Shown here piece by piece: positions 1-9,831 of a stretch of DNA of 64,000 nucleotides (positions are counted from its first letter, which is position 1; the number at the start of each line of letters is the position of its first letter). The position numbers were made by a program, and so were the translations under genes. Source of the DNA: an uncultured bacterium (lineage in GTDB: Bacteria > Babelota > Babeliae > Babelales > Vermiphilaceae); the NCBI GenBank assembly GCA_963702025.1, contig OY969699.1, positions 32,001 to 96,000 on the forward strand. Reading direction: 5' to 3'. Below the pieces are notes generated by a model that was given only the letters and a program-made list of their open reading frames with translations, had not been told where the DNA came from and made no database searches.

Positions 1-2
1 CA

Positions 3-308
3 GTACGCATTGTTAATAAAGAATCTAATACGCTTAATTATGCACCGCAAGATATGTTTGCTATTGTACTCTATGTAAACCAAAGAGTTGATAAGAGCTC
101 ATTGCAAGCAATGGAAAAATTAACGAGCAATTTAATTGATTTAGCACTTAAGTTTGATGGAACGTTTTTCTTACCATATCAATTATATTATACGCGCGAG
201 CAACTCCAAAAAGCCTATCCTAATATTGATGCCTTTTTTGCGCTTAAAAGAAAATATGATCCGTCACTTTTATTCATGAACAATTTTTATGCGAAATACG
301 CCGACTGA
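3..308 (+). CDS. FAD-binding oxidoreductase, C-terminal part (5' truncated by the window)
   Basis: Frame is open from the window start; the GTFFLPYQ...AYPNIDAFFALKRKYDP..LFMN ending is typical of FAD-linked oxidase C-termini. Confidence 0.7.
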   Translation, partial: VRIVNKESNTLNYAPQDMFAIVLYVNQRVDKSSLQAMEKLTSNLIDLALKFDGTFFLPYQLYYTREQLQKAYPNIDAFFALKRKYDPSLLFMNNFYAKYAD

Positions 309-398
309 TAAAACCCGAACTTATCAAAGAGTCAAGAAATGCGCAGCTTCTTCAAAGCACTCAAGATTCGGCCAATTATTATTTTTAAGGTTTTTTTA

Positions 399-428
399 TT
401 GACTTATTGATCCATAAGCAACTACCAT
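399..428 (+). promoter_or_regulatory. Putative sigma70 promoter TTGACT-N18-TACCAT
   Basis: The same hexamers and spacing recur upstream of the paralog at 1780-1809. Confidence 0.55.
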
Positions 429-468
429 GAAACATGAATTTTATAAATGTTTATTAACAAAGGAAAAT

Positions 469-1767
469 ATGTTCAAAAAAAGTTTATTGGCTATTGCTCT
501 TTTTTCGTTTCATGGTCTCTACGCTTATGTATCAAATACCATTATAGATAATATACCGATACCCAACTCCGGAGTTCCTTTATCTGTTGCGGTAACCCCG
601 AATGGAGAGTTTGTCTATCTTATTAATCTAGGCAATAATAGTGCAAATGTAATAGCTACCGCAACTAATACGGTATTATCGACACCGCAGCTCAATAATA
701 TTTTCAACGTTCCACAATCATTGGCAATAACTCCTAATGGCGAGTTTGTTTATGTTGCAAGTGCAGGCAATGGGAGTGTAGTGGTGATAGAAACTGCAGG
801 CAACACTGTGATATCAACACCAAATTTCGTTTCTGCATTTGATTATCCTCAATCGATTGCAATAACCCCCAATGGCAGTTTTGCCTATGTTGCTAACGAG
901 ATCGTGAATGTTTTAAATATTTCTAATAACACAATCCTCACAACACCAGGACTTGATAGTGGCTTTGCTGCTCCAGTTTTTATAGCAATAACTCCTGATG
1001 GCAACTTTGCATATGTAGCCAATCTCTTTTCGCCTGCGGTTACCGTGATAGATACGGCCACTAATACGATAATACCTGCGCCAGGATTATCTGATGGCTT
1101 TTTCTTTCCCCAATCAATCACTATTACGCCGAATGGTGCTTTTGCCTATGTTACTAATGGGCTCACCAGCAATACGGTTGTGGTAATAGATATAGCAACT
1201 AATACGATTTTATCTACCCCAGGACTCACTGGTGTCTTTGCGTCTCCAGTTTCGATTGCCTTTAGTCCAGATAGTAGTTATGGATATGTTTCAAATTCGG
1301 GAGGAAACACAGTGAGTGTCATTGATACGGCAAGCAATACCGTAATCAATACTATTACTGGGTTCGATAGCCCACAGACAATCGCGATTACGCCTAACGG
1401 ACAGTATGCCTATGTTGCTAACGCAGGCAGTAAAACTGTCAGCGTTGTTTTTATTGGTGTTCATACACCAACACTTTTCACCGGCTGCAAAGGAAAGAAT
1501 ATTTTCTTAACCCAAACTGAGCATTACAATAATTTAACCTGGTCTGCGCCTGCGGGGGGAAGTACTCCAGTCTCATACGCGATTTATAGCGACGCTGCGT
1601 TAACTCAATTGGTTGCAATAGTTCCGGCATCCGGACCATTGCAATACGTTGTTAATAATACAAATCAAAACTTAGATTATACCTATTACCTTGTAGCCGT
1701 AGATGCCTCAGGAAACATTTCATCGCCCGCAGTTACCACCGTTACTCAGTTTTGTAAAAGAAACTAA
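469..1767 (+). CDS. Secreted YVTN/YncE-type beta-propeller protein with C-terminal Fn3-like domain
   Basis: Signal peptide (MFKKSLL, AAGGA RBS); repeated P.SIAITPNG.FAYV.N...V.VIDTA.N units; W.AP...Y.YY.VA.D..GN.S Fn3 motif. Confidence 0.85.
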   Translation: MFKKSLLAIALFSFHGLYAYVSNTIIDNIPIPNSGVPLSVAVTPNGEFVYLINLGNNSANVIATATNTVLSTPQLNNIFNVPQSLAITPNGEFVYVASAGNGSVVVIETAGNTVISTPNFVSAFDYPQSIAITPNGSFAYVANEIVNVLNISNNTILTTPGLDSGFAAPVFIAITPDGNFAYVANLFSPAVTVIDTATNTIIPAPGLSDGFFFPQSITITPNGAFAYVTNGLTSNTVVVIDIATNTILSTPGLTGVFASPVSIAFSPDSSYGYVSNSGGNTVSVIDTASNTVINTITGFDSPQTIAITPNGQYAYVANAGSKTVSVVFIGVHTPTLFTGCKGKNIFLTQTEHYNNLTWSAPAGGSTPVSYAIYSDAALTQLVAIVPASGPLQYVVNNTNQNLDYTYYLVAVDASGNISSPAVTTVTQFCKRN

Positions 1768-1779
1768 AGAAAAAGAATA

Positions 1780-1809
1780 TTGACTTGTTGATTTATGAAC
1801 AAATACCAT
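1780..1809 (+). promoter_or_regulatory. Putative sigma70 promoter TTGACT-N18-TACCAT (duplicate)
   Basis: Matches 399-428. Confidence 0.55.
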
Positions 1810-1857
1810 TGAACTATAAATTTTATGAATCGATATTTTTTTTAACAGAGGAAAAAA

Positions 1858-3129
1858 ATGTACAAAAATAAATTATTGGGTATTGCTCTTTTTTCGTTTC
1901 ATTTACTATGCGCGTATGAATCAAATACCATTATAGAGAATATATCCGGCTTTACTGTTCCTTTATCACTTGCAGTAACCCCAAATGGAGAGTTTGTCTA
2001 TGTTATTAATGTGGGCAATAACAGTGCGAATGTAATAGCTACTTCAACAAATACTCTATTATCCACACCGCAGCTTAATAATATTTTCAATGTTCCACAA
2101 TCCGTAGCCATAACTCCTAATGGCGAGTTTGTTTATGTTGCAAGTGCAGGCAATGGGAGTGTAGTGGTGATAGAAACTGCAAGCAACACGGTGATATCAA
2201 CACCAAATTTTGTTTCCGCATTTAATTATCCTGAATCAATCGCAATAACACCGAATGGCAACTTTGGATATGTAGCTACCGATGCTGTGAATGTTATAAA
2301 TATTGCAAACAATACTATTCTTACAACGCCAGGACTTGATAGTGGCTTTGCTGCCCCAGATTTTATCGCAATAACTCCCGATAGTAACTTTGCTTATGTA
2401 ACTAATCTCTTTTCGCCAGCAGTTACCGTGATAGATACGGCAAGTAATACTATAATTCCTACGCCAGGATTGTCTTCAGGCTTTTTATTTCCCCAATCGA
2501 TCACTATTACGCCGAATGGTGCGTTTGCCTATGTTACCAATGGACTTTCGAGCAATAGCGTTGTGGTAATAGATATAGCCACTAATACCATTTTATCCAC
2601 ACCAGGACTTAGTGGCATCTTTGGATCTCCGGTTTCGATTGCCTTCACTCCCGATAGTAAATACGGCTATGTCTCAGATTCAGGAAGTAACACCGTGAGT
2701 ATCATTGATACGGCAACCAATACCGTAATTGATACCATCGCAGGATTTGCTTCACCACAGTCAATAGTAATCACGCCTAATGGGCAGTATGCCTATGTTG
2801 CTAACTCTGGCAACAACACCGTAAGTGTTATTTTTATTGGCGTGCACATACCATCAAATTTTAAAGGCTGCAAAAGAAAAACCCAAAATGAATATTCCAA
2901 TTACTTACACTGGGCCGCTCCTGCAGGGGGAAACAAGCCAGTAGCATATGCGATTTATAGTGATGCTGCCTTAACGCAATTGGTTGCAACAGTTCCGGCA
3001 TATGGGTGTTTACAGTATTTTGATCATAATATAAATCCAAATACATCATACACCTATTACCTGGTAGCTATCGATGCTGCGGGAAATATTTCATCGCCGG
3101 CAGTTACTACCGTTACGCAGAATTGTTAA
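1858..3129 (+). CDS. Secreted YVTN beta-propeller + Fn3-like protein, tandem paralog
   Basis: Highly similar to 469-1767 along its whole length. Confidence 0.85.
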   Translation: MYKNKLLGIALFSFHLLCAYESNTIIENISGFTVPLSLAVTPNGEFVYVINVGNNSANVIATSTNTLLSTPQLNNIFNVPQSVAITPNGEFVYVASAGNGSVVVIETASNTVISTPNFVSAFNYPESIAITPNGNFGYVATDAVNVINIANNTILTTPGLDSGFAAPDFIAITPDSNFAYVTNLFSPAVTVIDTASNTIIPTPGLSSGFLFPQSITITPNGAFAYVTNGLSSNSVVVIDIATNTILSTPGLSGIFGSPVSIAFTPDSKYGYVSDSGSNTVSIIDTATNTVIDTIAGFASPQSIVITPNGQYAYVANSGNNTVSVIFIGVHIPSNFKGCKRKTQNEYSNYLHWAAPAGGNKPVAYAIYSDAALTQLVATVPAYGCLQYFDHNINPNTSYTYYLVAIDAAGNISSPAVTTVTQNC

Positions 3130-3234
3130 GAAACTAAAAAAAATGGATTAAGTTTCGATATTGCGCAATTTATTGGTATTGATAACTTTGGAAACTAGAG
3201 AAAGTAAATCTTGTTCTATGTTTGCCAGAAAAAA

Positions 3235-3903
3235 TCAAAAATACAATTCTTTTGGCAAATCAGTTTTTAAAATCGCATAAAGCTTTGAACTCCAATATCC
3301 ATTTTTGCCGTAAGCACATTCTCTTAGCGTTCCCTCATGTTGCATGCCACTTTTCTCCATTACCCGTGCACTTCGAACATTTGCTAGAAGACAATATCCT
3401 TCTATTCGATTTAATTTAATATCATGGAAGCCACATTCGATAATTCTCTTAAGCGCTTCAGGTGCAAATCCTTGATGCCAATACGGCTTTAAAATAGCAT
3501 ACATTGTCATTGCCGTACCTATTTCATCCACTGAAGTAAAACCGCCTAGTCCAATTAATTTATTATTTGCTTTGAGTATATAAGCCCATAAATTTGGTTG
3601 CCCCAACGCAGCTCGATGTGCTAATTTTTCGATGTATTCTTGAGTATCTTTTTCGGTTTGATGACTCTTTAAAAGCAGGCAACTTGTAATTTCTTCATCT
3701 GATAAAAGTTGATTGAGACTTGCAATATCATCCGGTTGCACCTTTCGCAGAAAAAGCCGCTGGGTTTCAAGCGTAGGTAAATTTTTAAAAATCTCAATAG
3801 TAATTTCTGTTTTTTTTGCTTCTCTAAAACCAATCATTGGAAAAATAGTATTTCCAAGAATTATCAATAAGAAAAATAGATACATCTGCCGATAGTTGCA
3901 CAT
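3235..3903 (-). CDS. RimJ/RimL-type GNAT N-acetyltransferase with N-terminal hydrophobic leader
   Basis: LPTLETQRLFLR, YWHQGFAPEAL, LNRIEG, N.RSARVMEKSGM.HEG.LRE motifs; start probably 3903 or 3885. Confidence 0.8.
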   Translation of the reverse strand: MCNYRQMYLFFLLIILGNTIFPMIGFREAKKTEITIEIFKNLPTLETQRLFLRKVQPDDIASLNQLLSDEEITSCLLLKSHQTEKDTQEYIEKLAHRAALGQPNLWAYILKANNKLIGLGGFTSVDEIGTAMTMYAILKPYWHQGFAPEALKRIIECGFHDIKLNRIEGYCLLANVRSARVMEKSGMQHEGTLRECAYGKNGYWSSKLYAILKTDLPKELYF

Positions 3904-3914
3904 AATCATCGTTC

Positions 3915-4175
3915 TCTCACATTTTTTTAAAAACTGATGCATCGATAGGCCAGTTCTTTTTTCAAGGATCTTATCATTAATCGGCCAGTTATTTTTCAAA
4001 AAAAAGTGTGTATCAAAAATATCGCGATTCGCCTCACCCATGCGCTCAAGCATGGCTACCATTTTATGAGCCGTTTCATATCTTCCCTAATCATTACTTT
4101 CATAGAAATGCCAAGATAAGATTTTACTTCATATTTTGATCCGTAGTCTCTCTGATTAACTCTGATTAACTTCAA
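3915..4175 (-). pseudogene. Fragment of an AbiEii/AbiGii-like nucleotidyltransferase toxin, frameshifted near 4075
   Basis: Across two frames reads VNQRDYGSKYEVKSYLGISMKVMIREDM / AHKMVAMLERMGEANRDIFDTHFFLKNNWPIN, containing the K...R...RD.FD signature. Confidence 0.65.
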
Positions 4176-4356
4176 CTTTAATATTCTGAAGTTTGTCCCT
4201 GTAGGAGATCCTAAAAAAAAGAGTATATCTTTTTTCGAAAAATTCTTTAATAACACCAGAAACCAAAACGGCCTGCGCAAAAACGCAGGCACGCTCTTTT
4301 ATTCATGATATCTTTAAGGTGCAGAATATAATTAATCATAGCAGGCTATAATTGTT

Positions 4357-4608
4357 TTATCTTGCGCCTCTAATAACTGCAGCTCTGGCTACCGGACGTG
4401 CTCCACCACGATAAGAGGCCGGATAATTGTTTACTGTACCAGATTGTCCTTCATTATATCTTGAGACAGCGGCTGCTCGTGCAACAGGTCTTCCTGCAAC
4501 ACCGGGTCTACCTACACCTACGCCACCACCTACGCCTACGCGTGCATATGAAATACTACACATGCTGGCTATACTCATTAATGCTAAAACTGCTAATAAT
4601 TTCTTCAT
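4357..4608 (-). CDS. Small secreted Gly/Arg-rich protein
   Basis: Signal peptide MKKLLAVLAL; repeated RPVARAA motif; GGAG RBS. Confidence 0.65.
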   Translation of the reverse strand: MKKLLAVLALMSIASMCSISYARVGVGGGVGVGRPGVAGRPVARAAAVSRYNEGQSGTVNNYPASYRGGARPVARAAVIRGAR

Positions 4609-4767
4609 TGTTCTTTCTCCTAATTTAGGTTTAAAAATACTATACTATACCTTATATTCTAATAGTAACAATTTTAAAACCTTAAAATCAAGATATTTAC
4701 AATGTTCGCATGAAACACATAATATCTAGTACCTAAGCATCAATAACCCTTAAATAGGGCCTTTTCT

Positions 4768-4887
4768 AGGGTCGCCATACCTATACATTCCAGGAACCTT
4801 GAAACTGAGATTGATATATGTTTAAGCCACATTCAGATGGTGTTTGCATCATTTTTTAGAATTAAACTATAAGAATTAACTTTTTAA
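4768..4887 (+). pseudogene. Detached, degraded serine-recombinase C-terminal tail (element D end)
   Basis: Translates RVAIPIHSRNLETEIDICLSHIQMVFASFFRIKL*ELTF, which aligns with the tail at 7608-7724. Confidence 0.65.
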
Positions 4888-4968
4888 TACCAAAAAGAGC
4901 CAAAGCGCTTTGCAAATAAATCTAGCCCGTTCTTGCACTCGTATTTTATGCTCCTCAAAGATAGGCTG
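4884..4968 (-). pseudogene. 3' fragment copy of gene 7721-8281
   Basis: QPIFEEHKIRVQE/GLDLFAKRFGSFWY* with a 1-bp insertion, versus QPIFDEHKKRVQEGLDLFAKHFGSFWY*. Confidence 0.8.
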
Positions 4969-4998
4969 GTGTTCATATATTTCCGGCTCTCGTGGTCG

Positions 4999-5553
4999 TT
5001 ACTTTTTCTTTAGTACTTCCGCAAACATCTCTATCATCGCGGTGTTATACACAGGTATGTCCGCCGGCCATCTGCTCGTTACCAAAAGGCCATCTCTAAC
5101 TACAGGCTTATCCACCCATTTTGCTCCCGCATTCTCGAGATCGATTTTAATCGAAGGCCATGAGGTGACAGTTTTTCCTTTTAGGCCACCTGCATTACTT
5201 AGTGTCCACGGCCCATGGCAAATTGCAGCAATTGGCTTTTTAGCATCGATAAATGCTTTAATAAAAGCAATTGCCGAATCGAATCTGCGTAATTTATCAG
5301 GATTGATTACCCCACCCGGAAGATGTAGCGCATCAAAATCATCCGGATTTGCATTATTTAAATCGAGGTCGACAGGAAATTCATCTCTCCATTGGTCATC
5401 AATCCATCCCCTTATTTTTCCATACACAGGAGAAATAAGCACTGTTTTTGCGCCGGCTTCATCTAATGCTTTTCTAGGCTCTGTCATCTCATTTTGTTCA
5501 AAGCCAGTATCGCAAAGGATCGCGACTTTAAGTCCTTCTAATTGTTTTTTCAT
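4999..5553 (-). CDS. PfpI/DJ-1 family type 1 glutamine amidotransferase-like protein
   Basis: GFEQ.E, LPGG..NPD.LR and AAICHGPW motifs. Confidence 0.92.
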   Translation of the reverse strand: MKKQLEGLKVAILCDTGFEQNEMTEPRKALDEAGAKTVLISPVYGKIRGWIDDQWRDEFPVDLDLNNANPDDFDALHLPGGVINPDKLRRFDSAIAFIKAFIDAKKPIAAICHGPWTLSNAGGLKGKTVTSWPSIKIDLENAGAKWVDKPVVRDGLLVTSRWPADIPVYNTAMIEMFAEVLKKK

Positions 5554-5692
5554 GTAAACTCCTCGGTAAATATTTTCTATAGCTTATATATATTTTGAGG
5601 TAAAAAATAAAGAGTTTTTATGAATGGCGCTAAAACGGTGAAGTTGAGTAATTATGTCCCTTAGAAATAGGACATGTCAAATTTAAAAAGAG

Positions 5693-5802
5693 TTGTGTGC
5701 CCGCTAAACATGTTCAGGAACCATGAAATAGAATTCGGCATTAGCTTAAGCCACATTCAAACGGTATTTATAACTTTTGGGATTGAATTGAAAATTCAAT
5801 AA
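5693..5802 (+). pseudogene. Detached serine-recombinase C-terminal tail / att junction (element C end)
   Basis: GTGTGCCCG at 5695-5703 equals 39568-39576; followed by LNMFRNHEIEFGISLSHIQTVFITFGIELKIQ*, homologous to the 7608 tail. Confidence 0.7.
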
Positions 5803-5955
5803 AATCAAAAACTACTTTATGGATTCAAATGGGATTTAACACTTATTTTATCTAATGGATCCCAGTTTAGATCAAAGACTTTAAAAATAGTCTTTAGTTG
5901 TAAAATTGGCTATTGCTCGCTCTATCACTAATAATTTGAATCATTAAAAATCCAC

Positions 5956-6240
5956 CTACTGAAATCTAATCTCCAAATCTTTACCCAAAGCTAGAGCGGC
6001 TCTATAAAGAGTCAAGAGGGTAACTGAATAGTTTTCCGGATTAAGCAAACGCATTAAAGCAGCTCGACTTGTGCCAATCCGTTTTGCCATTTCTGTTTGT
6101 GAGATTTTCTTCTTTTTCATTTCTTTAGTAACTTGTTCAGCTATAACCTTTTTTATAGCAGCAAGCTCAGCTGCTTCTAATGTACCTTCTTCTTTCAAAA
6201 GTTCATCAAAGCTTGATCCAATGTATTTATTCTTTGACAT
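5956..6240 (-). CDS. XRE-family HTH regulator / HigA-like antitoxin
   Basis: IGSSFD.LLKEEG N-terminus; SQTEMAKRIGTSRAAL.RLL HTH. Confidence 0.85.
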   Translation of the reverse strand: MSKNKYIGSSFDELLKEEGTLEAAELAAIKKVIAEQVTKEMKKKKISQTEMAKRIGTSRAALMRLLNPENYSVTLLTLYRAALALGKDLEIRFQ

Positions 6241-6241
6241 T

Positions 6242-6517
6242 TTATTTCTTTAAGTCTCGATAAAAATTTTCATGAGAGCCCAATGCTAGCAAGATTAGTT
6301 CTTGCTTGTGCGCATTATAATCATAAGCAAGCAAAGTAAGTTGATTTACCATTTTAAATTTATACACCTGGACTCCATTTAAATCACCTTTTTTCAAATC
6401 ACCAATAGTAGGATTTTTAATAATTGCCTTTACGGCTTCATCCAATTCTTTTTTTTGGTTTTTATGTAATTTCTTTATTTGCTTCGAAAAGGTTGTAGTT
6501 TGCTGAATATTCATCAT
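6242..6517 (-). CDS. Type II TA RelE/ParE family toxin
   Basis: NP.IGDLKKGDL.GV.VYKF and GSHENFYRDLK motifs. Confidence 0.88.
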   Translation of the reverse strand: MMNIQQTTTFSKQIKKLHKNQKKELDEAVKAIIKNPTIGDLKKGDLNGVQVYKFKMVNQLTLLAYDYNAHKQELILLALGSHENFYRDLKK

Positions 6518-6741
6518 TACTTCTCATCAAAACGATAGGCCTTTAATTTTCCCGCTTCAGCTTCTTCTTGTGCAATTAGAACGTTTTTGATGAATTCATA
6601 ACTTAAATCAGGATTTTCTTCGGCAATTTTCCCTATCCTAGCCCAATGTTCAATTTGCCCTGCAAGAGATCTATTAAGAGCTTTAGATATGATTTTAGCT
6701 TCAGAGACAATATGTTCTGACAATTTAACTGCAGTCGCCAT
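6517..6741 (-). CDS. ParD-like antitoxin
   Basis: MATAVKLS...RSLAGQIEHWARIGKIAEENPDL; directly upstream of the toxin. Confidence 0.85.
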   Translation of the reverse strand: MATAVKLSEHIVSEAKIISKALNRSLAGQIEHWARIGKIAEENPDLSYEFIKNVLIAQEEAEAGKLKAYRFDEK

Positions 6742-6893
6742 TTGTATTCCTCTTAGACTTAGAATTATAGAGCTTAGAATCAATTTATATTATAACCCAT
6801 TTGGTTGCATTTTGAAACCTTATGAAAATTTTTTTGTTGCACCAAGGTGAAAATTTCCTCTTTTCACCAAAGTAATAATTTCCGCTTTTTTGT

Positions 6894-7185
6894 CTACTTA
6901 AATAACCTCCATTTGCCTTCAACTAAGTGCAAAGTTTGTTTTAATGATTGATTCCAAGGATGATTTGCAGCCGGTTTGTGCGGGACGCGATCGATGCATT
7001 TTGGTGCAGCGAGAGGCTTTGGATCGCGTCCATTGCGAAAGTTTAAATATAATCCCTTTAATGAAAGTAAAATTTTGCCATTAAGCAATTGACTAACGGT
7101 AATGCTATTTTTGGGCTGAATTTTTACCGGTTGCATTCGATCTAATTGAAAGATTTCCCCTCCGTATTGAATTGTAAAATCATCG
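6894..7185 (-). pseudogene. C-terminal remnant of an ISNCY/IS1202-like transposase
   Basis: Extending the ORF upstream gives DDFTIQYGGEIFQL..QP..IQPK..ITV...LNG.I.L..KG.YLNF...KPAANHPW. Confidence 0.65.
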
Positions 7186-7724
7186 CTGATTCATTAAACC
7201 AACTGCATTTAGATAAGATTGAATTTCACAACAAACATTATGGCAAGCTCATAAATCAACAACAGCAGATTACCAAAATGCTGGATAATTTATATATCGA
7301 TAAAGTGAAAGGGAGAATTACTGAGAGCGAATATGAAAAATTCTACATTTCATTTTATGATGAAGCGGCAGAAATAAAATCCCAACTTGATAAATTAGGG
7401 GAAGCTCAAGACAACTACTTTATTACCGCAAAATACGTACTAGATCTGGTTAACCGAGCTCACGAATTATTTGAAAGTTCTGAAGTTGAGGAAAAGAGAC
7501 AATTAATCAAGCTTGTACTTCAGAACCTAAGACTTGAAGATGATAAGTTGCTCTGGGACGCTGTTAAACCCTTTGATACACTCTTAAATGTGTCCGATAG
7601 TCAAGGATGGTGTGGCCTGCCTAATGCATTCAGAAACAAAGAAGCAACCATGGGATTCACCTTGCAGCATATCCAGACGATATATTCATCATTTAGAATT
7701 GAACTTCAAGAATTAATTTTTTAA
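7186..7724 (+). pseudogene. C-terminal remnant of a large serine recombinase (element C integrase, joined to a tail)
   Basis: Closely matches the end of 14349-15353 (KMLDNLY.DK.KGRITESEY, SSEVEEKRQL); catalytic domain is missing. Confidence 0.85.
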
Positions 7725-8281
7725 TACCAAAAAGAACCAAAGTGTTTTGCAAACAAGTCTAATCCTTCTTGTACTCTTTTTTTATGCTCATCAAAGATAG
7801 GCTGATATTTATCATATAGGGGTCCACATATTTTTATTCTTTCTTCCATTTCATAGCTGCGATATCCCAGCTTATTGGGATTGGTTTCCAGCTCTTCTAT
7901 TTCGCGCATTTGAGTTTGATAAGTCTTTCTAATCTTTCGGCATTCTTTAAACATCTCTTTTTGAGCTGGACCATCCCAATCTATTGAATTATCTGAAAGC
8001 GCTTTGAATGAATAGACGATTTTATCAAGAATTGAAATCCATTTTTGTAAGCACTGTGCTTCATCTTCTTCTGACATATCATATGGGTTGTTAATATCCT
8101 CAGTCATAGTCATTGGAAAACCGGCGCTAGTTCCCTTCTTATCATATCTGGCGCGATATTTTTTAAAAAGAGGATACAGAACACGCGCTATAGTTTGATC
8201 CATATCCATAAGATCCATCCAGGTTGCTGACACTTTTACTTTATCTTTTCCTTTTTTTGGATATTCGATTAATACTTTCAT
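7721..8281 (-). CDS. Hypothetical, phage-associated-like protein
   Basis: W..ILDKI..SF and EGLDLFAK.F.S.W pattern recalled from phage hypothetical proteins. Confidence 0.55.
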   Translation of the reverse strand: MKVLIEYPKKGKDKVKVSATWMDLMDMDQTIARVLYPLFKKYRARYDKKGTSAGFPMTMTEDINNPYDMSEEDEAQCLQKWISILDKIVYSFKALSDNSIDWDGPAQKEMFKECRKIRKTYQTQMREIEELETNPNKLGYRSYEMEERIKICGPLYDKYQPIFDEHKKRVQEGLDLFAKHFGSFWY

Positions 8282-9401
8282 GCTGTTTTCGTTTTTCTTT
8301 TATATTTTTTTCTGCTAACAATTCTTGCTTTTCCAACTCTGCTTCTATTTCTTTAACCGTTGGTAAACTTCCTTTGAGATCTTTTGGCAATGATTCAACT
8401 ATCTTAGCCTGATAACTTGCAACTCCTATAGGCTTAGAGCTTGCTTGCAGCGCATATTCAACAGTGAGACTATCTTTATCTTTGCAAAGAATAAGACCTA
8501 TTGTTGGCTTATCTCCTGGATGCCGCATTTCATTATCAACTGCTGATAAATAAAAGCCTATCTGACCCGTATCGCGTACATCAAATTCTCTTGCCTTAAG
8601 CTCTACAATAATAAAGCAACGTAATTTAAGATGATAAAATAGAAGATCTATATAATAATCTTTATTGCCGATATGCAAATGGACTTGTCTTCCAATAAAC
8701 GCAAAGCCCTGGCCAAGCTCCAAGAGAAACTTTTGAATATGATCAGTTAATCCTTGCTCCACATCTCTTTCATTATGTTCAGTATGAAGCGTTAAAAAAT
8801 CAAACAAATAGGGATCTTTTAATGATTGATGAGCCATATCAGAATGAGGTTTGGGGAGCTTTACTTCAAAATTGGTAATGGCTTTGCCTTGCCTACCATA
8901 AAGATCGGATTCAATCCAAGATTCAAGCATGCTACGGCTCCAACCATTTTCTATGGCTTTTTGAGCATACCAAAAGCGCACCTTATTCTCTTTCAGTTTT
9001 TCTAGTAATACCGCATTATGACCCCATGGAATTCTAAAAATGGGCAAATTTTCAATTTGTCCCACAGCTGTGGGATTTTTAGAATAGGCAGTAAAGAAAG
9101 CTTTCATTCTAAAGATATTAGATCTTGAAAATCCAGCTATCCCTGGAAAAGCGGCTTGTAGATCATGAGCAAGTTTTTCAACAAAATTTGTTCCCCAGCC
9201 ACTTTTTTCTTGCTTTTCAGTGATAATATTTCCAATTGCCCAATAAAGCATAGTAAGCTCTTGACCGGCAGCAATAGCAGCTTTAATTTGAGATTCTTGA
9301 ATTTTATTCTTAATATCCGCAAGTGTTTGCGCATATTCTTTGGTAGACATTTTTATAACAGTAGCTTTATTTTTCTTTGCAATATTACTTTTCTTTGCCA
9401 T
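8241..9401 (-). CDS. DUF1016/YhcG family PD-(D/E)XK nuclease domain protein
   Basis: LYWAIG, PWGHN, KDPYLFDFL, LLELGQGFAFIGRQ and IDLLFYHLKLRC..VELK motifs. Confidence 0.93.
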   Translation of the reverse strand: MAKKSNIAKKNKATVIKMSTKEYAQTLADIKNKIQESQIKAAIAAGQELTMLYWAIGNIITEKQEKSGWGTNFVEKLAHDLQAAFPGIAGFSRSNIFRMKAFFTAYSKNPTAVGQIENLPIFRIPWGHNAVLLEKLKENKVRFWYAQKAIENGWSRSMLESWIESDLYGRQGKAITNFEVKLPKPHSDMAHQSLKDPYLFDFLTLHTEHNERDVEQGLTDHIQKFLLELGQGFAFIGRQVHLHIGNKDYYIDLLFYHLKLRCFIIVELKAREFDVRDTGQIGFYLSAVDNEMRHPGDKPTIGLILCKDKDSLTVEYALQASSKPIGVASYQAKIVESLPKDLKGSLPTVKEIEAELEKQELLAEKNIKEKRKQHESINRISKKRKR

Positions 9402-9429
9402 TACTAATTTCCCTTTTTTGTATTTCTAT

Positions 9430-9831
9430 TTAAGCAAGCAACTTTTTATACTGATATAATAAATAATCAATTTCTCTTACTTCTTGTTCAAGAATATTTC
9501 GTCGTTCATAGAATTCACCTAATTTCTTAAATTCATCAAAGGGAATAACTCTAGCAGGTTGCACATCTAATGGGACAAGAGCGGCTAAAGGTTGTGATTT
9601 CTCCGCTGCTTCATTCAGCTCTTTGTGTGTTTGCCTAGACAGCTTCTCTAATCTTTCAACCTCTGTCATAAAAAAGACACGAATCGACTCGCAAATGAGT
9701 TCTGATTTATCTTTTTTATTATTTTGTTTAATAGTGGTTGCATAGAGCTGCATTAACATTTCATATTCTTGGCTGCTCAGATAATGCGTTACTTTTACTT
9801 TTTTATCTGCATTATTTTTTTTGATTTCCAT
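9430..9831 (-). CDS. Hypothetical protein, possible ribbon-helix-helix N-terminus
   Basis: KVTHYLS...KSELICESIR; AAGGGA RBS. Confidence 0.55.
   Translation of the reverse strand: MEIKKNNADKKVKVTHYLSSQEYEMLMQLYATTIKQNNKKDKSELICESIRVFFMTEVERLEKLSRQTHKELNEAAEKSQPLAALVPLDVQPARVIPFDEFKKLGEFYERRNILEQEVREIDYLLYQYKKLLA

Noticed and set aside
4838..4843. TGGTGT as another att core
   Set aside because: It falls inside tail D (Met-Val codons); the position equivalent to the core is about 4768
4910..5557. 215-aa plus-strand ORF and the many other short antisense ORFs in the track
   Set aside because: Shadow frames of well-supported genes
5655..5678. Possible IS1202-like terminal repeat TGTC...ATAG..ATGTC
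   Set aside because: No partner end was found and it is 1.2 kb from the transposase remnant; it may be a simple hairpin
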